Shown: positions 46,619 through 58,380, counted from the stretch's first letter. The stretch: 64,000 nt of DNA from an uncultured Holophagae bacterium (GCA_963801995.1 CAWDGW010000017.1:669544-733543); one strand, 5' to 3'. Notes: generated by a model from the sequence alone, not told the origin. Program-made: numbers and translations.

Positions 46619-49600
46619 ATGACCCACGATCCAGGTTCCCATCCAGCCACCCGCCGGATTTCTGACTCATCACGACAACCCGGAACATTGGCCCGCCCAT
46701 TGCGGTCCCGGGTCCGGCTCGGAAAGGGCTGCGCATCATCGATCAGTTGGATCCGCGGATTGCGGGCATTCGCCGCGATGCTTGCCCTCTTGTCCTCCGG
46801 CACCATCTGGGCCCAGACCGCAGGCACTCTCAAATGGGAGTACGTCACTGCCTCCTGGCCGTTTGGATCGCCAACCCTTGCCACCGACGGTTCCATATAC
46901 ATCACCACCTGGGCGTTTTGGCCCGGGCTGTACGCGGTCAATCCGGACGGGACGGAAAAGTGGGTCTACCTTCCCGGGTGGGATGTGCAGGCGACTCCCG
47001 CGATCGCTCCCGACGGCACGGCCTATTTCGGGTTGGAAAGCCAAGACTGGGTCCACGCCGTGCGACCCGACGGCACTCGGAGGTGGCGGGCCGCGGTGGA
47101 GGCTGACAGCTACGCATCCCCGGCCATCGCCCGCGACGGAACGGTGTACTTCGGGACGGAATGGTATTCGGAGAACAACCTCTATGCCTTCAATCCCGAT
47201 GGGACCCTCGAATGGACCCGCGACACCGGAGGGCATGTCTACTCTTCTCCCGCCATCGCGTCGGACGGCACGATCTACGTGGCCTCGGACGACATGTATT
47301 TGGATGCACTCAATCCGGATGGGTCTCTTCGCTGGAGATTTGAGTTTGCGACCTCAGGCTCGGGCAGCGACTTCGCCTCATCTCCGGCGATCGCCGCTGA
47401 TGGGTCAATCTTCATTGGATCGCAGAACCGGAATCTCTATGCCATCAACCCTGACGGATCACTCCGTTGGACGTATTTCTTCGGGTCGCCGGTTTTCGCC
47501 TCGCCGGTGATCGGGCCGGATGGGGCGGTTTTCGTCGGCACCAACAACGGCATCATGAACGCCATCAACCCGGACGGAACCCTCAGATGGCAGTTCCCCA
47601 CCGGAGACTCGCTCAGATCCTCATCGGCCGTAGGCTCCGATGGGGCAGTCTATTTCGCGACCGCGTACTCCGGCACTCTCTACTGCGTCGATGCGGGCGG
47701 CACCCTTCAGTGGACCTTTCCGGTCGGCGAATGTTATATGTCCTCACCGCTCATCGGTCCGGACGGGACGGTGTACATCGGAGGCTTCCGCTCCCTCTAC
47801 GCCATTCACTCTGACTCTCCGGGACCGGCCCACAGCCCGTGGCCCATGTTCCGACAGAACGTGCGACGCACCGGGCGCTCCGAGAGGTACCTCACCCCCC
47901 TGTCCATCGGCGAGACCGTCCAGACGATCATCCCGAGGTACGGAGTGCACGACTATTCCTTGGACACCATCGCCGGCGAATCTCTGCTGGTCACGGTGGA
48001 ACCGGGAGCCGGGGCCACAGGCCTGGTGCTGTCAAGCCAAGCCGGGACCTTAGCCCAGACCAGCGATTCACCGGCGGCGTCCGGCCATTACGAGCTTCTG
48101 ATCACACCAACTGTGGAGAGTGGCTACGTGCTGTCGGTCTTCGGTGCCGACGTGGACGAAAACGGAGGCGACTACTCGATCACCGCCAACTACGTGACCC
48201 ATCACGCGAGCGAGGTCGAACCGCAGATCGCCGGCAACTTTGGTGAGGCGAGCGTCGTCATCAGCGGCCTCGGCTTCGTCGACCCGATGCAAGTCCAGCT
48301 GACAGGTCCGGGCTCCCTTTCCGCGTTTTCCACGACCACCGCCTCACCCACCGAACTCCTGGCTCGATTCGACCTCGCTGCAGCTCCAACCGGGATCTAC
48401 GACCTGACGGTCACCTGGCCCGACGCCACCTGGGTCACCCTTTCCGCCGCCTTCGAGGTCGTTCCGGGCACCGGCCCGGAGTACGAGGCCCACCTCCGGG
48501 TTCCGGAAGGCGTGCGGGCAGCGCGCCAGTACGTCGCCTGGCTCGAGTATGCCAACACCGGAGACACGGATCTGCCGGCTCCGCTGTTCACCGTGCGGTC
48601 CAACACGTCGATCTCGCTCGACCCCGATCAGATCGATCGCAACCGGGTGGAGATCCTGGGCGTGGGCGGCCCCACCGACCCGTCCGTCCTCCACCCGGGG
48701 GAAAGCCGACGGGTGCCGGTCTACTTCATGGCTCCGGGCAGCGGTATGGCGGAATTCGAGTTGTTCGAGACGATCGACGACAGCCAGCCCATCAACTGGG
48801 CTGATCACAAGGACGAGATGCGACCCCCGGACATGGATCCGTCCCTGTGGGACATTATCTGGCCCGATTTGATCGCTCGGCTCGGCGTCACGTGGAGTGA
48901 CTACCTCGACGTGCTCCGCTCGGACGCGTCACGGCTGCAGCGGGCCGGACGCAGAGCGTACGACGTTGGCCAGATCATCGCCCTCGAGGTCGGACTGGCG
49001 ACGGGTGATCCCGTCACGACGATCAGCGGCACGCTCAGGAACGCGGCGAGCTACGAACCGCTCGCCGGTATCACCGTCCGACTGCGGAGCACCGACGGGT
49101 CGTCGATCGCGGAGACCGAGACGTCGTACGCGCCGCCCGGGTACTTCCTCTTCGAAGAGGTGGCAGACGGCGACTACGAGCTGTGGATCGATGGTTACTA
49201 CGTGGACCCGGTGCCGTCGGTCTTCATGGCCGGATCGGACATCACCGGGGTGGAGCTGCTGGCCCATGAGTACGATCCGGCTCCGGTCCTCTCGGAAGAG
49301 GAGATTCCGCAGCACGCACCGTCCATAACGATGGATGATGCCGGCGTGGCGTACATGGTGTGGCAGGAAGGTCCGGAGCTCCGCAGTGCGATCAACACCG
49401 CGGGTGTGTGGACCGATGCCGGTCCCATTCCCGGGGCAGAGGGGTCGATGCCCACCGTGGTGTGGGACGCCACCCTGCTCGACGGCGGCACCTCCCCCGG
49501 CCTGTTCGCCGCGTGGCAGTCGGGAGGTCCGGTCAGCACCATTCAGTGGTCGCTCGGGCGCCCGGTCGGGGGCGACATCCAGTGGACCACACCTGAGAGC

Positions 49601-52141
49601 CTCACATCAGATATGGCGGACGACGTGTCCATCATCGCCTTCGTGAGCGACCTGAACGAGCCGGTGGTGCTCTGGCTGCAGCGGGACTACACCATCGCCG
49701 ACGATACGGACCTCTACTTCACCGTGATCCCTCCGCCGCCGCCGCTCTCGCCTCTCGTCCTGCCCGGCCCGAAATCCTCAAGCTACATGCCCGGCGAATG
49801 GCCGTTCTGCTCGAACCCCGGATTACAGGTCATGAAGGAGCTCCCACCCAACATACCCTTTGTGGGCGGCCACTGGGGGTGGAAGGTCATCGGCAGCGGA
49901 TGTGACGCCTTGACCAGCTGCAACCCCCTGATTTCCCCAAACTGGACCATCAAGGTCCCACTCGGGTCGCTAACGAATTTCAACGCCACTGCAGCCTTCA
50001 GATTCCAGTTCAACACCGAACCTTGCGAATGCAAGTATTTGCTCAACGAGGCCCGGATCAGCGCACAAAACGTCGGGGTCAACCTCTCTGTACCGGTTTA
50101 TGCGGTACCGCTCATCGCCGGAGACGTTCCACTCGGTATCGCGACACTGGCGGTCGGAATCGGAGCCACCCTCAACGGAAACCTCACCTGGCACTCGAAC
50201 TTCCCGATTCTGGGCGCGAGCGAAGGGGTTCTCGGCTTGGGTGTCGGGTACGCGATCGAAGGAAAAGTAAACTTCTTTTTTGGGCTCGACGGCACCGTCA
50301 CAGGATCGGCAACGATCTACTGGTCCCAGAGCCAACCCGATTACGACATCAAATTCACCGGAGAGTGCGTCAGGCTCCTCGGCGTTGCCGCGATGGGATA
50401 CGGGCTGGTCAGCGAGCCGTACTGCATCCAGTGGGGTTCGTCGTGTCCTCCACAGGCCGGCTGCCCGGATTCCCCTCCGCCAATCGAAGAAATGACCTAC
50501 CAGGGTCCCAACGGCCTGGCGTCATTGGGCTCGGAAACCGAGATGTTGGATGACCAGTTTCCCGTGGCATGGCAGGTCGAGTACGTCAAGGACCCGTTGA
50601 TCGGCACCGGGTCGACCTACGAGGGCGCCCCGGTGCTCGGAGACATCTCAGGGGACATATACACCGATGGTCCCCCTGAAGTTGCAGCGTCCGGAACCAG
50701 CGAGTACCTGGCGGCCTGGGCGAAGGCCGAGGAGGCGCACGTGCTCGGCGCCAAGGTCTGGGCCTCAAGCTTCAACGGCACCACCTGGTTGACACCGGTC
50801 GCCATCACGCCAGCTACAAACCTCATCAAGGACCCAGCGGTGGTGTTCGATTCTGCCGGTGAACCCATCGCCGTATGGTCGGAGGCCTCCAACGCCGGCC
50901 TCGACTTCGACACCAGCCCGGTGGAAGACATCCTCGCTGCCATCGAGCTTGCCGACATTTTTTTCTCCCGGCGTATCGGAGGGGTTTGGACCGCGCCGTC
51001 GCTGGTCGCCGCCCCGGCCGGGCGCGACGAGCAACCCGCCATCGCGGCCGACGCGACAGGCGCCGCCGCACTGGCGTGGCTCAACCAGTCCGCGGACGGG
51101 GGCTGGACTCTCTTCGCGTCTCTCTGGAACGGCAGCACCTGGTCCTCTCCCGCGGCGGTGGCCACTCCGCCGATCGCCTACCGGCCCCGGGTCTTTTACC
51201 AGGGGGGTCAGCCGATTCTCCTCTGGACCCAACCGCCGACCGACGAGCCGCAATCGGTCTCCGGATGGCGGCTGTACTCCTCGACCTGGGACGGGGTCGT
51301 GTGGTCGGATCCCACTCCGGTGGAACCGCAGGCTCCTCCTGACCTTCCACCCGCGCCCCTCGGCGAAACCGAGTACGACCTGCAGCTCCCGGATCCGCCG
51401 CCGCAGTGCTGTCTGGAAAGCTGCGACGACCCGCTGCCCGTCGATCCACCGCCGGTCCAGCAGGATGAACTGGAGACAGCTTCGGTACCGGTCGTTGCCA
51501 GCAACGACCCCAACGAAAAGGTCGGTCCCGCTGGGGTCGGTGATGGTCATTTCATCGCTGCAGGTGACCCTCTTGATTACGTCGTGTACTTCGAAAACCT
51601 CCCTGCCGCCAGTGCTCCGGCCCAGGAGGTCTTTGTCACCGATTGTCTCGCCTATGAGCTCGACTGGAACTCTGCAACCCTGACCGAGGTCGCCTTTGGA
51701 GAGGTGGTGATCGCGAACCCGGGCCAACATGGCGTATTCAATGCTCGGGTCACCGTTCCCGACCACAGACCGGCCGTGGACCGGGACTGGTGGGTCGAAA
51801 TGTCAAGCCACCTGGACCTCGCGACCGGGTGCGTGGAGGTCGTATTCCGCACCCTCGACCCCGACACCGGTGAGCTGCCTGACGATCCCTTTGCAGGCTT
51901 CCTGCCTCCGGAGGACGGCACCGGACGGGGCCAGGGGCACATCGCCGTGTCGGCGGACTCGAAGCCCGACCTGGTGGACGGCACCGTCATCACCAATCGT
52001 GCGTCGATCATATTCGACATCAACGACTCCATCATCACCAACGAGGTCTTCAACACGATTGGTGATCTGGAGCCGACGCTTCCGTTCTACGACGGATTCG
52101 AGTCCGGCGACACCTCGGCCTGGTCGCGGACGGTGCCGTAG
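46619..52141 (+). CDS. giant secreted multidomain protein 1 (1840 aa), tagged
   Basis: Signal-like RAFAAMLALLSSGTIWAQ; the true start may be downstream of 46619 (for example TTG near 46760). Then ~8 PQQ-like propeller repeats (SSPAIxxDGTIYVGS..LYAINPDGxLxW). The mid-region domains are labelled from motif appearance only: a PPC-like domain, an Ig-like domain, a CarboxypepD_reg-like domain (ISGTLRN..GDYELWIDGYY) and W-rich propeller-like regions. Next come a Cys/Gly-rich module (49799-50470) and a DPNEKVGPAG...IIFDINDSIITNEVFNTIG domain. Ends ..FYDGFESGDTSAWSRTVP*. Confidence 0.8.
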   Translation: MTHDPGSHPATRRISDSSRQPGTLARPLRSRVRLGKGCASSISWIRGLRAFAAMLALLSSGTIWAQTAGTLKWEYVTASWPFGSPTLATDGSIYITTWAFWPGLYAVNPDGTEKWVYLPGWDVQATPAIAPDGTAYFGLESQDWVHAVRPDGTRRWRAAVEADSYASPAIARDGTVYFGTEWYSENNLYAFNPDGTLEWTRDTGGHVYSSPAIASDGTIYVASDDMYLDALNPDGSLRWRFEFATSGSGSDFASSPAIAADGSIFIGSQNRNLYAINPDGSLRWTYFFGSPVFASPVIGPDGAVFVGTNNGIMNAINPDGTLRWQFPTGDSLRSSSAVGSDGAVYFATAYSGTLYCVDAGGTLQWTFPVGECYMSSPLIGPDGTVYIGGFRSLYAIHSDSPGPAHSPWPMFRQNVRRTGRSERYLTPLSIGETVQTIIPRYGVHDYSLDTIAGESLLVTVEPGAGATGLVLSSQAGTLAQTSDSPAASGHYELLITPTVESGYVLSVFGADVDENGGDYSITANYVTHHASEVEPQIAGNFGEASVVISGLGFVDPMQVQLTGPGSLSAFSTTTASPTELLARFDLAAAPTGIYDLTVTWPDATWVTLSAAFEVVPGTGPEYEAHLRVPEGVRAARQYVAWLEYANTGDTDLPAPLFTVRSNTSISLDPDQIDRNRVEILGVGGPTDPSVLHPGESRRVPVYFMAPGSGMAEFELFETIDDSQPINWADHKDEMRPPDMDPSLWDIIWPDLIARLGVTWSDYLDVLRSDASRLQRAGRRAYDVGQIIALEVGLATGDPVTTISGTLRNAASYEPLAGITVRLRSTDGSSIAETETSYAPPGYFLFEEVADGDYELWIDGYYVDPVPSVFMAGSDITGVELLAHEYDPAPVLSEEEIPQHAPSITMDDAGVAYMVWQEGPELRSAINTAGVWTDAGPIPGAEGSMPTVVWDATLLDGGTSPGLFAAWQSGGPVSTIQWSLGRPVGGDIQWTTPESLTSDMADDVSIIAFVSDLNEPVVLWLQRDYTIADDTDLYFTVIPPPPPLSPLVLPGPKSSSYMPGEWPFCSNPGLQVMKELPPNIPFVGGHWGWKVIGSGCDALTSCNPLISPNWTIKVPLGSLTNFNATAAFRFQFNTEPCECKYLLNEARISAQNVGVNLSVPVYAVPLIAGDVPLGIATLAVGIGATLNGNLTWHSNFPILGASEGVLGLGVGYAIEGKVNFFFGLDGTVTGSATIYWSQSQPDYDIKFTGECVRLLGVAAMGYGLVSEPYCIQWGSSCPPQAGCPDSPPPIEEMTYQGPNGLASLGSETEMLDDQFPVAWQVEYVKDPLIGTGSTYEGAPVLGDISGDIYTDGPPEVAASGTSEYLAAWAKAEEAHVLGAKVWASSFNGTTWLTPVAITPATNLIKDPAVVFDSAGEPIAVWSEASNAGLDFDTSPVEDILAAIELADIFFSRRIGGVWTAPSLVAAPAGRDEQPAIAADATGAAALAWLNQSADGGWTLFASLWNGSTWSSPAAVATPPIAYRPRVFYQGGQPILLWTQPPTDEPQSVSGWRLYSSTWDGVVWSDPTPVEPQAPPDLPPAPLGETEYDLQLPDPPPQCCLESCDDPLPVDPPPVQQDELETASVPVVASNDPNEKVGPAGVGDGHFIAAGDPLDYVVYFENLPAASAPAQEVFVTDCLAYELDWNSATLTEVAFGEVVIANPGQHGVFNARVTVPDHRPAVDRDWWVEMSSHLDLATGCVEVVFRTLDPDTGELPDDPFAGFLPPEDGTGRGQGHIAVSADSKPDLVDGTVITNRASIIFDINDSIITNEVFNTIGDLEPTLPFYDGFESGDTSAWSRTVP

Positions 52142-52175
52142 GGGTCGAGGTTCGGGGCTCGGGGTTCGGGAGCGG
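52141..52175. repeat. 7-bp array GGGGTCG AGGTTCG GGGCTCG GGGTTCG GGAGCGG
   Basis: Begins at the last base of the giant-1 stop codon. Confidence 0.9.
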
Positions 52176-52295
52176 AATGTACGGCAGGGGTTTACCCCCC
52201 GCCAATCGGAAACCGCCGAGATCCCCCGGGGATAGACCACCGGGCCGCGGGTTTCTGATCGAAGCAGGTGATTCTTCTCGCCGTCGCCGATGGCG

Positions 52296-52324
52296 TTGTC
52301 AAACATCGGCGTAGGGTCTATATT
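52296..52324 (+). promoter_or_regulatory. putative promoter of giant gene 2
   Basis: TTGTCA-N17-TATATT, then the leader GTTTTCCAAGAAACAACAAGCGAAGAGAGATTGG. The ORF-track start at 52324 falls inside this -10 box and is an artefact. Confidence 0.5.
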
Positions 52325-52521
52325 TGTTTTCCAAGAAACAACAAGCGAAGAGAGATTGGTGCAGTGACTGCGACTGTTGTGGCGCGATCACGACTGAATC
52401 ACCCCCGCAGGATAGGACCCAGGTTCCCAAAAAAACAGGGTTCAAGGGACCGGTGTTTCGACCGCGACCCACCCATCTGTCACCATCTTCATCCCCAAAC
52501 TCGCACGAAGGGAAGCTGACC

Positions 52522-55500
52522 ATGGAACGTTCGGTCAGGGTCTGTTGCGCCGTCTCGCTCCTCCTCCTGCTATATGTGCCCTCAGCGCTCGCCCAGGAGC
52601 CCGGAACCGTAAAGTGGGTCTTCAGTCCTCCCAACACGTATGAACTCGACTCCCCGCCAGCGATTGCCCGAGACGGCACGATCTATGTGGCCGGTCGCGA
52701 TTGGTATGTGTGGGCCCTCAACCCGGACGGGACCCTCAAGTGGCGTTTCACCGCCGATGCGGGATTCCGCTTCAGATCGCCGGCGGTCGCGCCGGACGGA
52801 ACAGTTTATATCGTTGATGACGATAAAGATCTCTATAGCATCGATCCCGACGGAACACTGCACTGGAAGTGGGATAGCCCGGGCCAATACTTCGAAACGA
52901 CCCCGGCTATCGGCCCGGACGGGACCATTTACATCACGGCCAACGACGACGGAGCCGACAACCTCTTCGCCTTCAACCCCAACGGCACGGTCAAGTGGTC
53001 CATTGAAGCCTCGAGTCCGATCACGTCGTCCCCGGCCATCGGCAGAGATGGGGCCATCTACGTCGTCACAGACGGGAGGACTCTCGAGGTCTTCAACCCC
53101 GACGGCAGCCCTGCGTGGAGCTACGTAATGGACGCCGATGGTAGTAGTTGGTGGGCGAACTCGTCACCAGCCATAGGACCTGACGGAGCTATCTACGTCG
53201 CTGGCGGCCCTTTTAGCGATCATGGGCTCTTTGCCATCAATCCCACGGGGACCCTTCGCTGGAGGTTCGATGCCCCATCCGAAATCTACTCGTCGCCGGC
53301 CATCGGGCCCGATGGAACACTCTATGTCGGGACCTACGGCAACAAGCTGCTCGCCGTCAATCCGGACGGCACCCTTCAGTGGGAGTACGTGCTGACCAAT
53401 TCTGTGTACTCCTCAGCGGCGGTCGGATCGGATGGCACGATCTACGTGGGGACGGTCAACGGCTTCATGAACGCGGTCAACCCGGACGGCACACTGCAGT
53501 GGCAACATGAGGGATCCAGCTATTGGTACACCTCGCCGGTTATTGGCCCGGACGGCACGGTCTACGGAGGAGGTCAGCCCTCGTTCTACGCCCTCTACTC
53601 CAGCAGCGACGGCCTCGCCGACACCTCATGGCCCATGTACCACCAGAATGCCCGCCACACGGGAAAGTGGGAGAACGTAGTCATACCGCTTGCCGTCGGC
53701 GACAGCGCGGAGAGCATCGTCCCTCGTGGAGGCAATCACTACTACTCAGTGGAGCCCGATCCCGATCAGGCCCTGTTGATCGAGCTGATTCCCGGGGTGG
53801 ACGCCAACGATCTTTTGCTGACAGGCCAGCTCGGTGCCACCACCTTTTCCACCACAACACTGACACCGAACGGGACCTACGATCTTCTGATCTCCCCCAC
53901 GGCTGCGACTCCCTACACCCTGGCCGTTTACGGTGCCGATGTTGGGGACAACGGCGGCGCCTACACATTGACGGCGAGTTACGTAGAACACCATCTCAGC
54001 AATCTGTCACCGCGGGTTGCTGGAAACGCGGGCGAGGCGCGGTTGGAAATCACCGGGCTGAGGTTTTCCGATCCAATGCAGGTCGCCCTGTCCGGGCCGG
54101 CCTCGATCAACGCATCGGAGGTTTCGGTTGGATCGGACTCCGATGTCCTGGCGCGTTGTGACCTCACCGGCGCCCCAACCGGCACCTACGACGTCACCGT
54201 CACGTGGCCCGACATGAGTTCGGAAACCCTGCCGGGCTCGTTCGAGATCGTACCTGGCACCGGTCCCAACCTCGAGGCGCGCCTGGAGGCACCCGAAGCA
54301 CTCAGGGCCTTGCGTCGCTACGTTGTGTGGCTCGAGTACGCCAACACCGGTGACGCCGACATGCCGGCTCCCCTGTTCACCGTGCGAGCCAACGTCGACG
54401 TCTCCCTGGATCACGATGACATCGCGGGGCACAGCGTCGAGGTCCTCGGCATCGGCGGTTCAACAAACCCGGATGTGCTGCGGGTCGGCGAGTCCATGCG
54501 GTTTCCCATCTACTTCATCGCGCCGAACCTCGGCAGCGACGCCGAGTTCGAGCTCCTCGAAACACCGGACAGCAGCGAGCCCATCGACTGGCCGAGCCTC
54601 AAGGAAGGTATGCGCCCGCCCGACATGGACCCGGGCGTGTGGGATGCTCTGTGGCCCGATCTGATCGCCCGCCTTGGCGTCACCTGGGCCGACTATCTCC
54701 AGGTGCTCAGGGACAATGCGGCGAGGGCCGCATCCTGGGGATTTCCCACCCACGATCCATCCGGCCTGATTGACCTCGAGGTGCTGCAGGCGGCCGGTGA
54801 ACCGCACGCAGCCATCGCCGGCTCGCTGCGCCTCGCCACAACCAACGAGCTCCTGCCGGGCGTGACCCTTCGCCTGCGCAGCCTCGACGGCGCGGTGGTG
54901 AAGGAAACGGACACGACCTATACCCCTCCGGGCCGATTTGCATTTCACGAGGTGCCGGACGGCAGCTATGAGATCTGGATCGAGGGCTACTACCCCGACC
55001 CCGTCATGCAGGTGGAGGTGGTCGGCTCGGATGTGACCGATGTCCAGCTCGTTGGATTCCCCTACGAGCCGGTGAAACTCTCCGAATTCGCTCTCCCCCA
55101 ACACACCCCGGCCATGACAGCGGACGGCACAGGCACTCAATACCTCCTCTGGAAAGAGGGAGCCGAGATCCGGTGGGCCATCAACTCGGGCGGTGTGTGG
55201 ACCCACTCCGGCCCGATCCCCGACGCCGACGGTTCGAATCCCAAGGTCGTGTATGACGATGCTCTGCTGGATGGCGGAATGACCCCCGGGCTGTTTGCCG
55301 CCTGGGAGACCAGTGGGATGGAGAGCACCATCGAGTGGTCGGTGGGTCGATTCGTCTCGGAGGGCATCGAATGGAGCGAGCCCGAAGCGCTGACCTCCGA
55401 CCTGGCCGATGATTTTTCAATTGCTCTATTCACCGACACGGCGTCTGTTCCGATTGTTCTTTGGTTGCAAAAGGACTACGCCATCACCGACGACACGGAT

Positions 55501-58139
55501 CTCTACTACCAGGCCGTTGGTCTCTCCGGGGTTACTGTCAATGATCCCTTCTTCGACTTCGCTTCGATGGCAAGGGATCCGGGCGACTGGCCCTTCTGCT
55601 CGAACCCAGGGCTGAAAGCTCTGTCCGAGCTCCCACCCGGCATTCCCATCATCGGTGGCCACTGGGGGTGGAAGGTCATCGGCAGCGGCTGCGCCCCGCT
55701 CACAACCTGCAATCCGGTGCTCACGCCGAATTGGGATATTGAGATCCCGTCTGGGGCAGCTCGCCAAGTTCGTCGGCAACGCCGGCTTCACCTTCAAGTT
55801 CCAGATCGATCAATGCCCGTGTTCCTACATGCTCCACGAATCCGCCATCAATGCCGGCATCGGGATCAACATCGACGTGCCCGTGGCCGAGGTTCCCCTC
55901 ATTCTCGGCAAGATCCCGGTGGGATACGCCATAGCTACTCTCGGCGTGGCTGGCAACCTCGGAGGCAGTCTGATCTGGCACTCGAATTTCCCAATCCTGG
56001 GTTCCAGCGACGGCGTCCTCAACCTCGATGTCGGCTACGTTGTGACCGGAAAGTTGACCTTCTTCTTCGGTGGCCTGGAGGGCAAGGTCACCGGAGACGC
56101 AACGGTCTATTGGACACAACAGCAACCCGACTACGGCATCAGATTCCTTGGGGAATGCGTCCGACTCATCGGGACAGCATCATCCGGATTCGGGGTCCTC
56201 GAGGAGAATTACGGGATCCAGTGGGGATCCAACTGCCCGCCGCTGCCCACCATGGGAACCGAGGGAATCCGTTTTGACTTCGCAACATCCAGTGATTCAC
56301 GAGACGTCCAAGTCGAGTCACAGATCGAGTACGTGAAAGCTCAATTGGTGGGAACCGGCACGATCCTATGAGGGAAACCCGGTTCTCGGCGACATCTCGA
56401 CTGATCTCTATATCGACGGCCCACCCTCCGTGGCTGTGAGCCCAACCGGAGGTTCTCTCCTCGTCTGGGCAAAGGCCGAGCAACACCAGAACCTCGGAGC
56501 CAAGATCTGGGCATCGAGCTACACGGGAACCGGCTGGTCGACACCAGAGGCCATCACTCCGTCAACGAATTTCGTCAAGGACCCATTCGTCGCCTATGAC
56601 TCGAACGGCAACGCCATGGCCGTGTGGTCCGAAGCCTCCAATGCCGGCCTCGATTTCAATACGAGCTCGGTGGAGGACATCGCGGCGGCGGTCGAGATCG
56701 CCGACATCTGGTACGCACGGCACACCGGAAGCGCGTGGTCGTCACCGGCCCGCCTGGCTGATCTGCCGGGCCGAGACGAGCAGCCGCACCTTGCCCGTGG
56801 TCCGTCGGGGCAGATCGCCGCAACCTGGCTCAACCAGGACGACCTCGGCGATTGGGCGCTCTACGCCGCGATCTGGTACGGATCCTCATGGTCCACACCC
56901 ACCATCATCGCGACACCACCCATCGCCTATCGCCCACTGGTGTACTACCAGGGCGGATTTCCTACGGTTCTCTGGAGCCAGGCCGATCCCGACGTCCCCG
57001 AATCGTTCAACGATTGGAAGCTCTACTGGTCCTCGTGGAACGGAGTGTCCTGGTCCGAACCTGAACCGGTGGGACTTTCCGGATCAACAAAAACCACTGA
57101 AGCTCCTACAGGTCCTGACTCGATGCTGGATCTGCAGTTTCCCGATCCTCCCTCCTACTGCTGTCTGGACAGCTGCGACGATCCTCTGCCCCCGGATCCC
57201 GCCTCCGGCGGCGCCACCCAGATTCCTCAGGGCAACGCATTCTCGCCGGTTGTGGCCTCTGTCGATCCCAATGAAAAGACCGGACCCGCCGGCTCAGGCG
57301 ACGAACACTTCATCGATGCCGGTGACCGGCTGGATTACGTGGTCTATTTCGAAAATCTGCCGGCCGCCGCCGCCCCCGCCCAGGAGGTCTTTGTCACCGA
57401 CTGTCTTGACCACGATCTCGACTGGACCTCGGTCACTCTGGACGAGGTGGCGTTCGGTGATTTCATCGTCGGCAATCCTGGTGCGGAGCCGCTCTTCGAC
57501 ACCCGCATCACCATTCCGGACCACCGGCCTGGCGAAACCAAGGAATGGTGGGTGGACGTCATCACCGACTTCGACCTCGGCACCGGCTGCCTGGACGTCA
57601 TATTCCGCACCCTCGACCCGGTCACCGGGGAGCTGCCGGAGGATGCCTTCGCCGGCTTCCTGCCGCCGGAGGACGGCACCGGCCGGGGCCAGGGACACAT
57701 CAGCCTGTCCGTGGACTCAAAGACCGACCTGGTTGACGGCACCGTCATCACCAACTTCGGCACCATCGTCTTCGACATCAACCAGTCCATCGTCACCAAC
57801 GAGGTCTTCAACACCATCGGCAGCCCGCTGGAGCCGGTGCTCACCGTGAGCCTGGCCGGACCCGGCAGTGGGGTGGTGACCAGCGATCCCCCCGGCATCG
57901 ACTGCGGCGTTGACTGCACCGAGGCCTATCCCATCGCGACGATTGTGGACCTCGAGGCCACCGCGGAGCCCGACTCAGAGTTTGTCGGCTGGTCCGGCGA
58001 TCCGGACTGCTCGGACGGCACGGTGACCATGGACAGCGACAGGAGCTGCACCGCCACCTTCGACCTGCTGCCGTCGCTGCCCTTCTCGGACGGGTTCGAA
58101 TCCGGCGACACCTCGGCCTGGTCGCACACCGTGCCGTAG
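52522..58139 (+). CDS. giant secreted multidomain protein 2 (~1871 aa), tagged; two 1-nt insertions (about 55750 and 56364)
   Basis: Starts MERSVRVCCAVSLLLLLYVPSALAQEPGTVKWVF. It has the same architecture as giant 1. The sequence continues across ORFs 52324.., 55655.. and 56430.., judged by alignment to giants 1 and 3. It carries an extra 81-aa Cys-containing domain (57828-58070) before the tag. Ends ..FSDGFESGDTSAWSHTVP*. Confidence 0.8.
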
Positions 58140-58173
58140 GGTTTTTTGGGGGGTCAGCCGACAGGCGAACATT

Positions 58174-58204
58174 TTCTTAGTTCTTAGTTCTTAGTTCTTA
58201 GTTG
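58174..58204. repeat. 7-bp array (TTCTTAG)x4
   Basis: Read directly, 35 nt after the giant-2 stop. Confidence 0.9.
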
Positions 58205-58266
58205 CGAACGGTTGTCGATCGTTCGAATCGTCGAGGCCTGCCGGGGACGAGGCGGTGGGCGGGGGG

Positions 58267-58294
58267 AAATCAAAACTCAGAACTCATAACTCGC
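58267..58294. repeat. 7-bp array AAATCAA AACTCAG AACTCAT AACTCGC
   Basis: Read directly. Confidence 0.8.
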
Positions 58295-58351
58295 GGCAAT
58301 TCCCGCCTTTTCACCCAACCAGATCGAATCCCTCGCAGCGCCTCCACTTCG

Positions 58352-58380
58352 TTGTCCAGCGTCCAAAACGCTGGTATATT
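58352..58380 (+). promoter_or_regulatory. putative promoter of giant gene 3
   Basis: TTGTCC-N17-TATATT, then the leader CGTTTTCCAAGAAACAACAAGCCAAGAGAGACTGG, nearly identical to the giant-2 leader. Confidence 0.5.

Noticed and set aside
52324-52521. ORF-track start of giant 2 at 52324, with similar upstream extensions for hybA (2387), hybD (5810), hypE (14033), RND (42877) and dedA (35134)
   Set aside because: The extensions precede clear signal peptides or conserved N-termini, or overlap upstream genes. Position 52324 falls inside the predicted -10 box. Downstream ATG/GTG codons with an RBS or stop-start overlap are better starts.
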